This document shows, piece by piece, positions 51,577 to 63,140 of a stretch of DNA of 64,000 nucleotides. Numbering within the stretch: position 1 is the stretch's first letter; each line of letters begins with the position of its first letter. The stretch is from Octopus vulgaris (Eukaryota). The notes under the pieces were generated by a model, which was given only the letters and a program-made list of their open reading frames with translations, had not been told where the DNA came from and made no database searches. The position numbers and the translations under genes were made by a program. The stretch lies in the NCBI GenBank assembly GCA_951406725.2, contig OX597827.1:77128001-77192000 (forward strand). The letters are read 5' to 3'.

Positions 51577-52584
51577 TCAAAGTTCAATTATTAGGATTGT
51601 ATGTCAGCCATATTTTCTGATATTAACCATGGTAACCAAAGTACATTTGCAAAGTTAGTCATCATAAAATGGATAGCACTTTAGTAATTAATAATTATAC
51701 AAATAGGAATAATAATAATAATTCTTTTTAATTTTGGCACAAGGCCAACAATTTTGAGGGGAGGGGTGAGTTAGAAGGTTGCTCATATGGCAAAAGATTT
51801 TTTCTTACAAGTATACCAAATGTTAAAAATGATAGAAAATAAAAAAAATAAAAGATATAAAATGATATAAAAAATAATAAAATACAAAAAATACAACAGC
51901 ATGTGTGAAAAAAGAAGAAGAAAAAGGTGGCAAAGAAGGAAAGAAAGAACATGAAGAAGGCAAAAAGTAGTTGAAACTGGTTGGGAGAAGAGAGAGAGAT
52001 TAGTCTACCAGGAATAAAAAAAAAAGAAATACCTTAGGAGTAATCAAAACAGGTTGAGTTTTTGTCAAAGGATGACCTTTGAGAATCCTTAGATCCGAGG
52101 TCACCTTATTCACCCTTCACAGCTGGCACAGTGTGCCCCCACCTAATCACACATCCACACAAACATAATGCGAAAATTTTTTAAAGGGATATATCTTTTA
52201 ATTTATTAATTATTATTTTTACAGCTAATTATTTACCCTGGGTATTCAGGCCTTTTTCCTTCCTCATCAACTATTTTTGATTAAAGGTTTTCTTCAATTT
52301 TTATAATAGTATGATTTTAAACTGCAATTTATTATTTAATGCAAATGGTTATTGAAAAGACCATTAGTTGAAAGGACCGATGAAACAAAACCATTTTCAA
52401 ATATGTATCTATCGAAGTAATTGTATATTTATGCGTATAACTTTATCCTGCTCCATTCTAAACAAAACTGTCCGACGAACAGGAACATGAAACTCTGAGT
52501 AAGTTTTTGTGATATATTCGCTGCTTTTTAATTAAGTATATGTGTGTGTGTGTGTATTTATGTGTATGTGTATCTATGTAAATA

Positions 52585-52950
52585 TCTATTATATAAAATC
52601 CGTTCTGTCCGTCTTCTAGGATCTCGGGCATCCTCCATCTGATTGCGCTCAAATTTGATATGTAGATACTGATGGTATGAGGGCGTGTATAAGTCTTGAA
52701 AAAATTACAAAAATCGATTCCAGGTGAGAATGCGATCAATAAAGCCGTGGGAACATGCATTTGTATGCGCAAGTACATCAGCTGTTGCAATCGATACTAC
52801 GCGTATGTGATAAAAATGCACATGCAATTTGCACAAAAAAAAGGCTGGCTGGCTTCAAATAATGCCACAAAATGCAGTATATTTAAGAGCCCCCCCAAAA
52901 AAATTGGTTTAAATGTTTGACAACTCAGCACCATCCATTGGACAGGAGGC
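52585..52950 (+). mobile_element. Helitron-like element 5' portion
   Basis: Begins a|TCTATTATATAAAATCCGTTCTGTCCGTC and contains a gcgctcaaatttg motif; no clear CTAG end before the (TACA)n tract. Confidence 0.5.
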
Positions 52951-52957
52951 GTTTTGC

Positions 52958-53210
52958 TCATACATACATACATACATACATACATACATACATACACACA
53001 TACACACATACACATACATACATACATACATACATACATACATACATACATACATACATACATACATACATACATACATACACACATACACACACACACA
53101 TACATACATACATACATACATACATACATACATACATACATACATACATACACATACACACACACACATACATACATACATACATACATACATACATACA
53201 TACATACACA
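52958..53210. repeat. (TACA)n microsatellite
   Basis: About 250 bp TACA/CA compound repeat. Confidence 0.95.
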
Positions 53211-55796
53211 TATATATATATATAATCAAGATTAATCAGCCGAAATTGCGAGGATGATCCGGTTCTTGACTGAAGATTAGAGGCTTCGAATGACCCGTCG
53301 CTTTTTTGTGTCGTCTATTTGAATGTTTTGCATTCTTGTCCCATTTTGTATTTTTATATATATATTTTTTATACATATATATACATGTGTGTATAGATAT
53401 GTAGTGTATGCGTATACAATTAATAAAAAGACTTTTCCAGATGGTGTTATTGAGTTAGTCATGGCTTGGGCCGATAATGGCCAAAATCAATCTAAGTTAT
53501 ATATGTATATGTATATTTGTGTGCACATGTACGTAGGTACACATGGAGACGTAGGTACACATGGAGACGTGTATGTCTGTGTATGGGTGTATGTGCAAAT
53601 GTATGTATGCATGTGGGGTATGTAGATGCAGGTGTGTGGATGTATATATACAAGGATGTATGTGTATGTATGTATGTGTGTGTGTGTGTTTATGTGATCA
53701 GTTGGGGGGCACACTGTGCCAGCTGTGAAGGATGAATAAGGTGACCTCAGATCTGAGGATTCACAAAGGTCATCCTTTGACAAGAACTCAACATGTTTTG
53801 GCCACTCCTATGGTATTTCTTTTCTTTATTCCTGGTAGACTTATCTCTCTTCTCCCAACCAGTTTCAACTAGTTTTTGGCATCTTTCTCTTGCTCTTCTT
53901 CATGTTTTTTCCCCTTCTTTTTCACCTTTTTCTTTTTCTCCTTTTCTTCTTTCCTCACTTTTTATATTCTTTTATTATTTTTTATATTCTTTATTTGCAT
54001 ACTTGTTTGAAAAGCTGGAAACTCAGAGTAACTGCAAACATCCTTAAAATAAAAATTATCCCCACCAAAAGCCATCTCCACTCATTTTTTCAAATATATT
54101 CTTCTGTATTAAGGACTTATTATTCTACTATATATATAATATATATATACACATATACCCCCACACCACTCTGCACACATCCACGTCACTAGCCCCTATC
54201 CACATGCACACACTCTCATACACACACACACACGCACCTTCATTTTGGGATCACCAGTACTTTATTATCTCCCCTTTCTAACCATGATTGACAGCTAAAT
54301 CCACAAGTCTTTTATTATTCTCTCTCTCTGTTTATTTCCTGGTGTTCCTCTGTTGAGGAGCGTAGGCTTGAAACAAAAGACTTTCTCACTTTCCCAAGCA
54401 CCAAACTAATACACCTGCTTGTTGTTTATACACCTGTATTTGTCTTTTGTTTTTCTGTAAATTTCAACTATGTATATATATATATACACACACACATACA
54501 GACATATTTATATAGTGAAAGGCATGTAGCCTAGTGGTTAGGCTTTTGCACTCACAATCCCTCAATTGTGGGTTCAATTCCCATACTGGGCAGCACATTG
54601 TGTTCTTGAACAAAACACTTCATTTCACATTGCTCCAGTTCCCCCTCTCGCTCAAGGGGGTGGAGTGTTGACCTGCTTGCCAAGCCAGCAGGGGGGAGGG
54701 GTAGAGACACTTGAAGGCTAAAACAATGATGATGATGATGATAATTTTAGCACAAGGCCAGCAGTTTCTGGGCAGGAGGTGACTACATCAACCCCAGTGC
54801 TCCTTTCTGGACCCCAGGAAAGGATGAAAGGGGAGTTTTAACTCCAGAAATAATAATGATAATAGTAACACATGTGAGTACACACACACACACACACACA
54901 CACCTGATTATAATGAAAACCCTAGAATTTGATTGGCAACAAAGCTCAGGGATTTTTTTTTTTTCTTTATCTTTAGCTACTCCCCTCCAGCAACTGCTTG
55001 AACTTTCTGAGATAAGTAACCCCATTCCCACCCTAAAAGGGCAGTGAAGAATTGAGATAGGGTAGATAGGTAAGTAGGGAGGTAGGTAGGTAGGAAAAGA
55101 AAAAAGAAAAAAAAATACACTTTACATAGACACACCATGTGTCAGGCCTTGTATGTAGGTCACTGAAAATACTTGAGGTCTGTAGAACTAGAACTGGGGG
55201 AGTAGTAGGAGGTCTCCACACACACACACACACCAAACAATAACAACAAAGCAAAAGTATTCATAAAGCCAGAGATATGTCAGACTGGCTTTGGTTAACC
55301 TCATTGTTAATTAAATACCACTCAAGCAAGTATTTCACGCTTGACTTAATCCTAAGGAGTGCTCACCTATGCACAGGAAAACCTTTGCTCTCAGCTTAAT
55401 TCATTATGCCAGTATGTAAATTTACAGAACTGTCCAACCCATATGAGCCAAGAACAATTGATGACTCAAATCTCAGAAACAATGAGGAATTAAACATAAA
55501 CAGCAACATTATTGCATTGAATATCACAATATAGATCAGATCAGAGTATTAGAAGTTAAACACCACTGGTCACAATGCGCTTCCAATTCCATTTTGATTG
55601 CACCATTCCTTTCCACCTTGACCCAAATTGCTTAACTAGATCAACTTTCCATCATCTTAGAGGCCTTCTATGTGGCCTTTCCCGATCACCTGGATGCCGT
55701 TCATAGACTGCACAAGTCCACCTGCTGTCTGTGAACCTTGTGACATGTCCAGCCCAGCAGAACTCATGCTTTTGGTACTCTGCAATCACACTCTCT

Positions 55797-56199
55797 TTAC
55801 TCTTTTACTTGTTTCAGTCATTTGACTGCGGCCATGCTGGAGCACCGCCTTTAATCGAGCAACTCGACCCCGGGACTTATTCTTTTTGTAAGCCCAGTAC
55901 TTATTCTATCGGTCTCTTTTGCCAAACCGCTAAGTAACGGGGACATAAACACACCTGCATCGGTTGTCAAGCCATGCTAGGGGGACAAACACAGACACAC
56001 AAACAAACACACATACATATATATATATACATATATACGACAGGCTTCTTTCAGTTTCCGTCTACCAAATCCTCTCACAAGGCATTGGTCGGCCCGAGGC
56101 TATAGCAGAAGATACTTGCCCAAGATGCCACGCAGTGGGACTGAACCCGGAACCATGTGGTTGGTTAGCAAGCTACTTACCACACAGCCACTCCTGCGC
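55797..56199 (-). mobile_element. SINE family A, near-complete copy
   Basis: Full reverse-complement match to the family A pattern from tRNA head to gtaaaagag tail. Confidence 0.85.
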
Positions 56200-56612
56200 C
56201 ACACTGATCTGTTCTCGATGTTGAATATAGACTAACCCTAACTGTAACCCTTATTTCTTTATTGCCCACAAGGGGCTAAACATAGAGAGGACACACAAGG
56301 ACAGACAAGGAGATTAAGTCGATTACATTGACCCCAGTGCTTAAATGGTACTTAATTTATCGACCCCAAAAGGATGAAGGGCAAAGTCGACCTCGGCGGA
56401 ATTTGACCTGTTTTGGTAATTTGACTGTGGCCATGCTGGAGCACTGCCTTTAGGCGAACAAAACGACCTTGGGACTTATTCTTCATAAGCCCAGTACTTA
56501 TTCTATCGGTGACACTCATTGTGTTCTTTATTAAGCTGATCTTAGGAACATAAATTAACACAAGATTTCAATGGAAGATTTTAATTTAGATCACTTTTAA
56601 ACAGAAAATGCA

Positions 56613-56830
56613 GGCAATCTTTCGGTACAAGTACCATAACTGCCAGTTGCTGTTTGTTTACATTTGTAGAAGAAGATCGTCACTTTCCGTAAAGTTTTTT
56701 TTTTTTTATATGTGGGGGTTAGGGTTACGGTTAAGGGTGGGGGGAAGGGTTTCTTTTTTCTTCAGAAATGTAAATAAACCCACGTGGGTTTTATGATTGG
56801 CAGTTATGGTACTTGTACAGAAAGATCGCC
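56613..56830. mobile_element. 218-bp MITE with 33-bp TIRs, 8-bp TSD and an internal telomere-like tract (Merlin-like ends)
   Basis: ggcaatctttcggtacaagtaccataactgcca / tggcagttatggtacttgtacagaaagatcgcc (31/33 match); TSD aaaatgca; GG..CC termini. Confidence 0.85.
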
Positions 56831-57271
56831 AAAATGCATATCACAGAACCAGGAAACAGTCTCAGACAGGTTGATATCAAATTGGTTAATTCTTTTGTTA
56901 CTATATTTCTGTTGAAAATACATTTGCTGTTATTTCAACTAATTTTTAAAATAATGAAGAATTTAGTAGAATAACTTTCATTAACCCTTTCGTTACCATA
57001 TTTTGGTAAAATACAGTGCTTTGGTTTCAATTAATTTTTAAAATAACGAAGAATTTAGTAAATCAATTTTGCCATTATTGGCTGCTGTTTGGAATAAAGA
57101 TTAACATAAAATTTTGAGGGCAAGTCTTAATTCAGATCACTAAAACAGAGAGGGTTTACAACATCGAACAAGGGTCAGTTTCAGGCAGATTGACATCAAA
57201 AGGGTTTTAAGTCGGTGTCTGGAATGTGAATTAACATGAAATTTAGAGGGAAGGCTTTAATTCAGACCGCT

Positions 57272-57820
57272 TTAACTCTTTGGTATCTAAACTGGCCATA
57301 TCTGGTCCCAAATATTCTACCTGTTTTTATGTTCAAACTAGCTAGATCTGACCTCTCACACCTACCCTACAATGTCATTCTGACCATAAATAATCCCATT
57401 ATTGAAAAGCTACGAGATAATGCATGATTAATTCAAAATGATGTGAATAAACAAACTTTATATTTGAGTAATATGAATGCTAGTGGAGACGCAATGGTCC
57501 AGTGGTTAGGGCAGTGGACTCGCGGTCGGAGGATCGCAGTTTCGATTCCCAGATTTAGCATTATGTGTGTTAATTAAGTGAAAACACCCAAAAGTTCCAC
57601 AAGGCTCCGGCAGGGGGTGGTGGTGACCTCTGTTGTAGTCTTTTGCCACAACTTTCTCACACTCTCTCTTCCTGTTTCTTGAGTAATGCTGTGATGGACT
57701 GGCGTCCTGTCAAGCTGGGGGGGGGGCACATTTACGCCACAGAAACTGGGAAACCGGGCCCATGAGCCTAGCTAGGCTTGAAAAGGGCGGAAAAAAAAAT
57801 ATATATGAATGCTAAAGGGT
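57272..57820. mobile_element. Second piggyBac-like MITE family copy, interrupted by a SINE; other copies at about 12090-12620, 14580-14800 and 59686-59885
   Basis: ttaactcttt...ctctcacacctaccctacaatgtcatt...gcatgattaattcaaaa...gctaaagggt shared among copies. Confidence 0.6.
57483..57802 (+). mobile_element. tRNA-derived SINE with 12-bp TSD
   Basis: A box tggtccagtgg, B box gtttcgattcc, A-rich tail, TSD atatgaatgcta at 57471-57482 and 57803-57814. Confidence 0.85.
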
Positions 57821-58359
57821 GAAAACAGACAGTTTGACTCATAAAACACAGGAGAATTTCAGGTGAGTTTGTTATAAAAAGGGGTAAAAATGGTGTATCA
57901 GCTCTGCAAAGAAACAGAACTGAAGATTACAAGAACATTGTGGCATTTTTTCACAGTCGCCTTACCAGCACTCGAGCCCCATACTAGTAGGGTATTAAGA
58001 GCACCATCTGAGCATGATCATTGCCAGAGTGGCTAACTGGCCTCCGTGCCGGTGGCACATAAAAGACACCATTCGAGCATGATCGTTACCAGCATCACCT
58101 TACTAGCACCTGTGCCGGTGGCATGTGTAAAAGATTCGAGCAAGGTCGTTGCCAGTACCGCCTGACTGGCACATAAAAGTACCCACTACACTCTCGGAGT
58201 GGTTGGCATTAGGAAGGGCATCCAGCTGTAGAAACTCTGTCAGATTAGATTGGAGCCTGGTGCAGCCATCTGGTTTGCCAGCCCTCAGTCAAAATCGTCC
58301 AACCCATGCTAGCATGGAAAGCAGATGTTAAACGATGATGATGATGAGGAATGTTGATT

Positions 58360-58700
58360 ATTTAGAAATAACTGTCAGGCCTGGTGTGATCTGGAGACCA
58401 TTCTTGTCTAAAGGGAAAATAATTGATGCTGTTAACCATCAGGAAATTAGTCAGAAAGAACAATATTGGCAGCAAATCTTGCAATGCTTGGTGTTTCTGG
58501 TCAGAGTTTGTCTGATACGATTGGAAAGTCGTAAAGTGATAGCAATGGGAATAGTTTCCACATTTTGTAGAATCTTTCATCCATTCTTTTTTTGTTTTTT
58601 TCATCCCATTCTGAATAAACAAGACTTGGAGAATCGATGGTTCACCACCAGGGAAAGATTATTGACAATGAGTTTATACTAGTCCTAACAGATATTGTTT
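58360..58700 (-). mobile_element. Decayed Tc1/mariner transposase remnant
   Basis: YQTNSDQKHQA resembles FQQDNAPxH and QEWSPDHTRPDSYF resembles WPPxSPDLxPxDF, with plausible spacing. Confidence 0.4.
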
Positions 58701-58999
58701 GAGAAATGAATTTTAACACATACAAACTCAGTGAAATTCAAAACTATTCAATTATTCTGGTCTGCACACCTGATGTGAGTAAATATGGCAAAGAATGTGT
58801 TCGTAATGATGCAAAACCATCGGGAATAAGGTGTATGAGACTAAAGGTATCACAAGAGAACATCATTTCTTGAGATTTGTTCTGCTAAAAGAGAGAACGA
58901 TGGGTGCCTTTATGACAGAAATTCCTCTGGGATGAGAAGACTGGTTACCAGAATTGAGAGTCTGTGGGATCAAGACTGATGATTATAATAATAATTATT

Positions 59000-59545
59000 T
59001 CAAATTTCTACCATAAGGGCAGCTTGGGGGAGGGTGGGGGGTTGTCGATTACATCAGCCCCAGTGTCCAACTGGTACTTATTTTCTCAACCCCAAAAGGA
59101 TGAAAGGCAAAGTCGACCTTGATGGAATTTGAACTCAGAACGTAGCGGCAGACAAAATACCTATTTCTTTACTATCTACAAGGGGCTAAACACAGAGAGG
59201 ACAAACAAGGATAGACAAACGGATTAAGTCGATTATATGGACTCCAGTGCGTAACTGGTACTTAATTTATCGACCTCGAAAGGATGAAAGGCAAAGTCGA
59301 CCTCGTTGGAATTTGAACTCAGAACGTAGCGGCAGACGAAATACCTATTTCTTTACTATCTACAAGGGACTAAACACAGAGGGGACAAGCAAGGACAGAC
59401 AAACGGATTAAGTCGATTACATCGACCCCAGTGCGATGAAAGGCAAAGTCGACCTCGGTGGAATTTGAACTCACAACGTAGCAACAGGTGAAATACCACT
59501 AAGCATTTCATCCAGCGTGCTAACGATTCTGCCAGCTTACCATCT
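59000..59545 (-). mobile_element. SINE family B trimer; the last unit carries the alternative poly-C tail
   Basis: Identical junctions at 59160 and 59344, 184 bp apart. Confidence 0.8.
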
Positions 59546-60745
59546 TGGTGGTTAGAATAATAATAATGGGAAATTACATTAAGTACAATGTTACCAATAC
59601 ATACCATAAAATGGGGACTATTCAACATAGGGGCCAGATTTTAAATCCTGGTTATGCATTCTTCCTTCTAGATTCCAAATATTTTCAACCCTTTAGCATT
59701 TAAACTGGTTATATCTGGCCTAAATATTCTACCTGCTTTGTATTCAAACCAGCTAGGTCTGGCCTCTCACACCTACCCTACAATATCATTTTAAAAGTAC
59801 GCAATCATGTCATTGAAATCTCAAGGCCACAAGAAAATGCATGATTAATTCAAAATAATGTGAATAAATAAGCATAATAATTTGAATATATATAAATATA
59901 TACATTATGCACATGGCTCAGTGGTTAGGGTGTCGAGCTTACGATCATGAGGTTGTGAGCTCAAATACTGGACCGGGCTGCATATTGTGTTCTTGAGCAA
60001 GACACTTTACTTCACATTGCTCCAGTTCACTCATCTGTAGAAATGAGTTGCGACGTCACAGGTGCCAAGCTGTATCGGCCCCTTTGCCTTTCATCCTTCA
60101 TTATCATGGAACCCTGAAGCCCTAGACATTACTGTCTTGAATCCCAGGGGACTAGTCACACAGCTTCCATGATATATGTAAGCGACCAAAGTTCACAACA
60201 TATCCCCTTAAATCTGTTGCAGGGTCACCCATTCACAGCTGAGTGGACAGGAACAACATGAAGTGCCTGGTCTGGGAGTTGAAACCACAACCTTGTACTC
60301 ATGAGCGCAACACCCTAACCTCTAGGCCACTGCCTTCACCTTCCATTTTTATGGATTGACAAAATAGAGAACCAATCAAATACTGCAGTTAATAGTATCA
60401 GCTAACCCCTCCCCTCAAAATTGTTGGCCTTCTGCAAAATATTGCCCTTGACAGAGGTAAGAATAAGTTCCTTTCCAAGTCATATTAACTCATGGGGCCA
60501 TTTTTCCCAGTTTCTATGGTGACTGTAGTCCCTTCCTGGGTGAGATACCAGCCCGTCACAGGTACTACTCATTTTTGTCATCTGGCTAGACTGGAGCAAT
60601 GTGAAATGAAGTGTTTTGCTCAAGAACACAACACGTTGCCAAACTAGGGACCAAAACCACAATGTTAGGGTCGTGAGTGCAACACCCTTAACTGTTGAGC
60701 CAATTGCCCCCACCTTGACACAGGTAAGCACTCTATCGTATGTCA

Positions 60746-61160
60746 AAGGCGGCGAGGTGGCAGAAACGTTAGCACGCCGGGCGAAATGCGTAGCCGTATT
60801 TCGTCTGCCGTTACGTTCTGGGTTCAAATTCCGCCGAGGTCGACTTTGCCTTTCATCCTTTCGGGGTTGATAAATTAAGTACCAGTTACGCACTGGGGTC
60901 GATGTAATCGACTTAATCCGTTTGTCTGTCCTTGTTTGTCCCCTCTGTGTTTAGCCCCTTGTGGGTAGTAAAGAAATAGGTATTTCTTCTGCCGCTACGT
61001 TCTGAATTCAAATTCTGCCGAGGTCGATCTTGCCTTTCATCTTTTCGGGGTCGATAAATAAAGTACCAGTTACGCACTGGGGTTGATGTAATCGACTTAA
61101 TCCGTTTGTCTGTCCTTGTTTTTCCCCTGTGTTTAACCCCTTGTGGGTAGTAAAGAAATA
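60746..61160 (+). mobile_element. SINE family B dimer with 12-bp TSD
   Basis: Head plus two units of about 184 bp; TSD tatcgtatgtca / tatcgcatgtca. Confidence 0.9.
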
Positions 61161-61499
61161 TATCGCATGTCATTTACCTGACAATGGTTTCTACTTCAGA
61201 CAAATATCAAGGAATTATTATTTATTCTTGCAATCAGAAATAAATTTAGAAATTTTCAAGTGTTCTGCTTTCCATTTCTTTTTTTTTTTTCCTGCAAAGC
61301 ATCTGCTTTTGAAAATTGAAATTAATCATTTTTTCCGCACAAGCCTTGCAAATACTGACGCGCAGATATTCTCTACATACATGTGTGTATGTGTACACAT
61401 GTATATATACACACACACACACCTGTGTGACTTTAATATATTATCTGTTGTTGCCTCAGTTGTTTGATGCTGCTTAACAAGCTTATATATGTATATATA

Positions 61500-61624
61500 C
61501 TTTATTTAAAGCAGCAGAAAATTCAACAAAATCTGTTACTCTGAGTTTCCCATTGCCATTCATCGGATGAACGGGAAACTCAGAGTAATAGGTTTTGTTG
61601 AATTTTCTGCTGCTTTAAATAAAG
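61500..61624. repeat. 52-bp-arm hairpin derived from Penelope-like repeat family 2
   Basis: Arms 61500-61551 and 61573-61624 are reverse complements except at two positions. Confidence 0.9.
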
Positions 61625-61692
61625 CATATTACTCTACCACTGGTATTTGAGTACTCTTTTTTCCACCTTGTTTCACATTTATGTGTTTACTC

Positions 61693-61742
<50 letters not shown>

Positions 61743-61933
61743 CACAGACACACACACAAATATATATGTATGTATATATATATATATATATATACATATA
61801 CACATGTGTGAGAGTCTGTGTGTATGTATCACCAAACTTTTCTACTGCGTGATATTGCCCATTGCAGCATGGAACATCATCATCGTCGTTTAACGTCCGT
61901 TCTCCATGCTAGCATGGGTTGGACAAAATTAAT

Positions 61934-62005
61934 GGGATCGTCTGGGATTCGAACCCGGGACCTCTCGCACCCTAAGCGAAAATCATACCCCTAGACCAAC
62001 GAGCC
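61934..62005 (-). tRNA. tRNA-Pro(AGG) copy, probably a retroposed pseudogene
   Basis: Minus strand ggctcgttggtctaggggtatgattttcgcttAGGgtgcgagaggtcccgggttcgaatcccagacgatccc; 72 nt, intact A and B boxes; mismatches in the acceptor and T stems. Confidence 0.88.
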
Positions 62006-62069
62006 AACTAACATGGATGTTAAATAATGTTGATAATAGTATCAATCAATTATAATGTTTTAATATTCA

Positions 62070-63140
62070 TTTCTACTCTAGGCACAAGAACCAAAATTTT
62101 GGGGGAGGGGGGGCCAGTCGATTAAATCGGCCCCAGTACGCTACTGGTACTTAATTTATCGACCCTGAAAGGATGAAAACCAAAGTCGACCTTGGCGGAA
62201 TTTGAACCCAGAACGTAAAGATAGATGAAATACCACTAAGCATTTCGCTAGGTGTGCAAACATTTCTGCCAGCTCGCTGCCTTATAATGTTTTAATATTA
62301 TCTCATATTGAGGTGGTGAACTGGCAGAATTGTTAGCACACTGGGCAAAATGCTTTGTGGAATTTTTCATCAGTCTTTACATTCTGAGTTCAAGTTCTGC
62401 CAAGGTCAACTTCGCCTTTTATCCTTTCAGGGTCAATAAAATAAGTATCAGTCGATGTAATCAACTCACCACTCCCCTGAAGTTACAGGTCATGTGCCCA
62501 AACTTGGAACCACTTTTATCCCATATTCTTTTCTACTCTAGGCACAAGGCCCGAAATTTTGGGGGGAGGGGGGGGGCAGTCGATTAGATCCACCCCACTA
62601 TGCAATTGGTACTTAATTTATCGACCCTGAAAGGATGAAAGGCAAAATCAACCTTGGCAGAATTTGAACTCAGAACGTAAAGACAGACAAAATACTGTTA
62701 AGCGCATTTCACTCGGAATGCTAACGGTTCTACCAGGTCGCAGTCTTTACTACTCTAGGCACAGGGCTCGAAATTTTTTGGGGGTGAGGGGGACAGTCGA
62801 TTAGATCCACCCCAGTATGTCGACCCTGAAAGGATGAAAGGCAAAGTCAACCTTGGCAGAATTTGAACTCAGAATGTAAAGACAGACAAAATACTGTTAA
62901 GCGCATTTCGCCCAGCATGCTAACGGTTCTACCAGGTCGCAGTCTTTACTACTCTAGGCACAGGGCTCAAAATTTTTGGGGGGGGTGCCAGTGGATGAGA
63001 TTGACCCCAGTACACAACTGGTATTTAATTTATCGACCAAGAAAGGATGAAATGCAAAGTCGACCTTTACGGAATTTGAACTCAGAACGTAAAGACAGAC
63101 GAAATACTGCTAAGTATTCTGCCCGGTGTGCTAACACTTT
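62070..63140. mobile_element. Dense cluster of 5-6 SINE family B copies, mostly minus strand, with a local duplication
   Basis: Repeated gaccctgaaaggatgaaaggcaaagtc..gaatttgaactcagaac; 62625-62780 closely matches 62822-62985. Confidence 0.8.

Noticed and set aside
53265-53312. CTGAAGA...TCGAA possible hammerhead
   Set aside because: Stems I and II cannot be formed convincingly and GAAA is incomplete.
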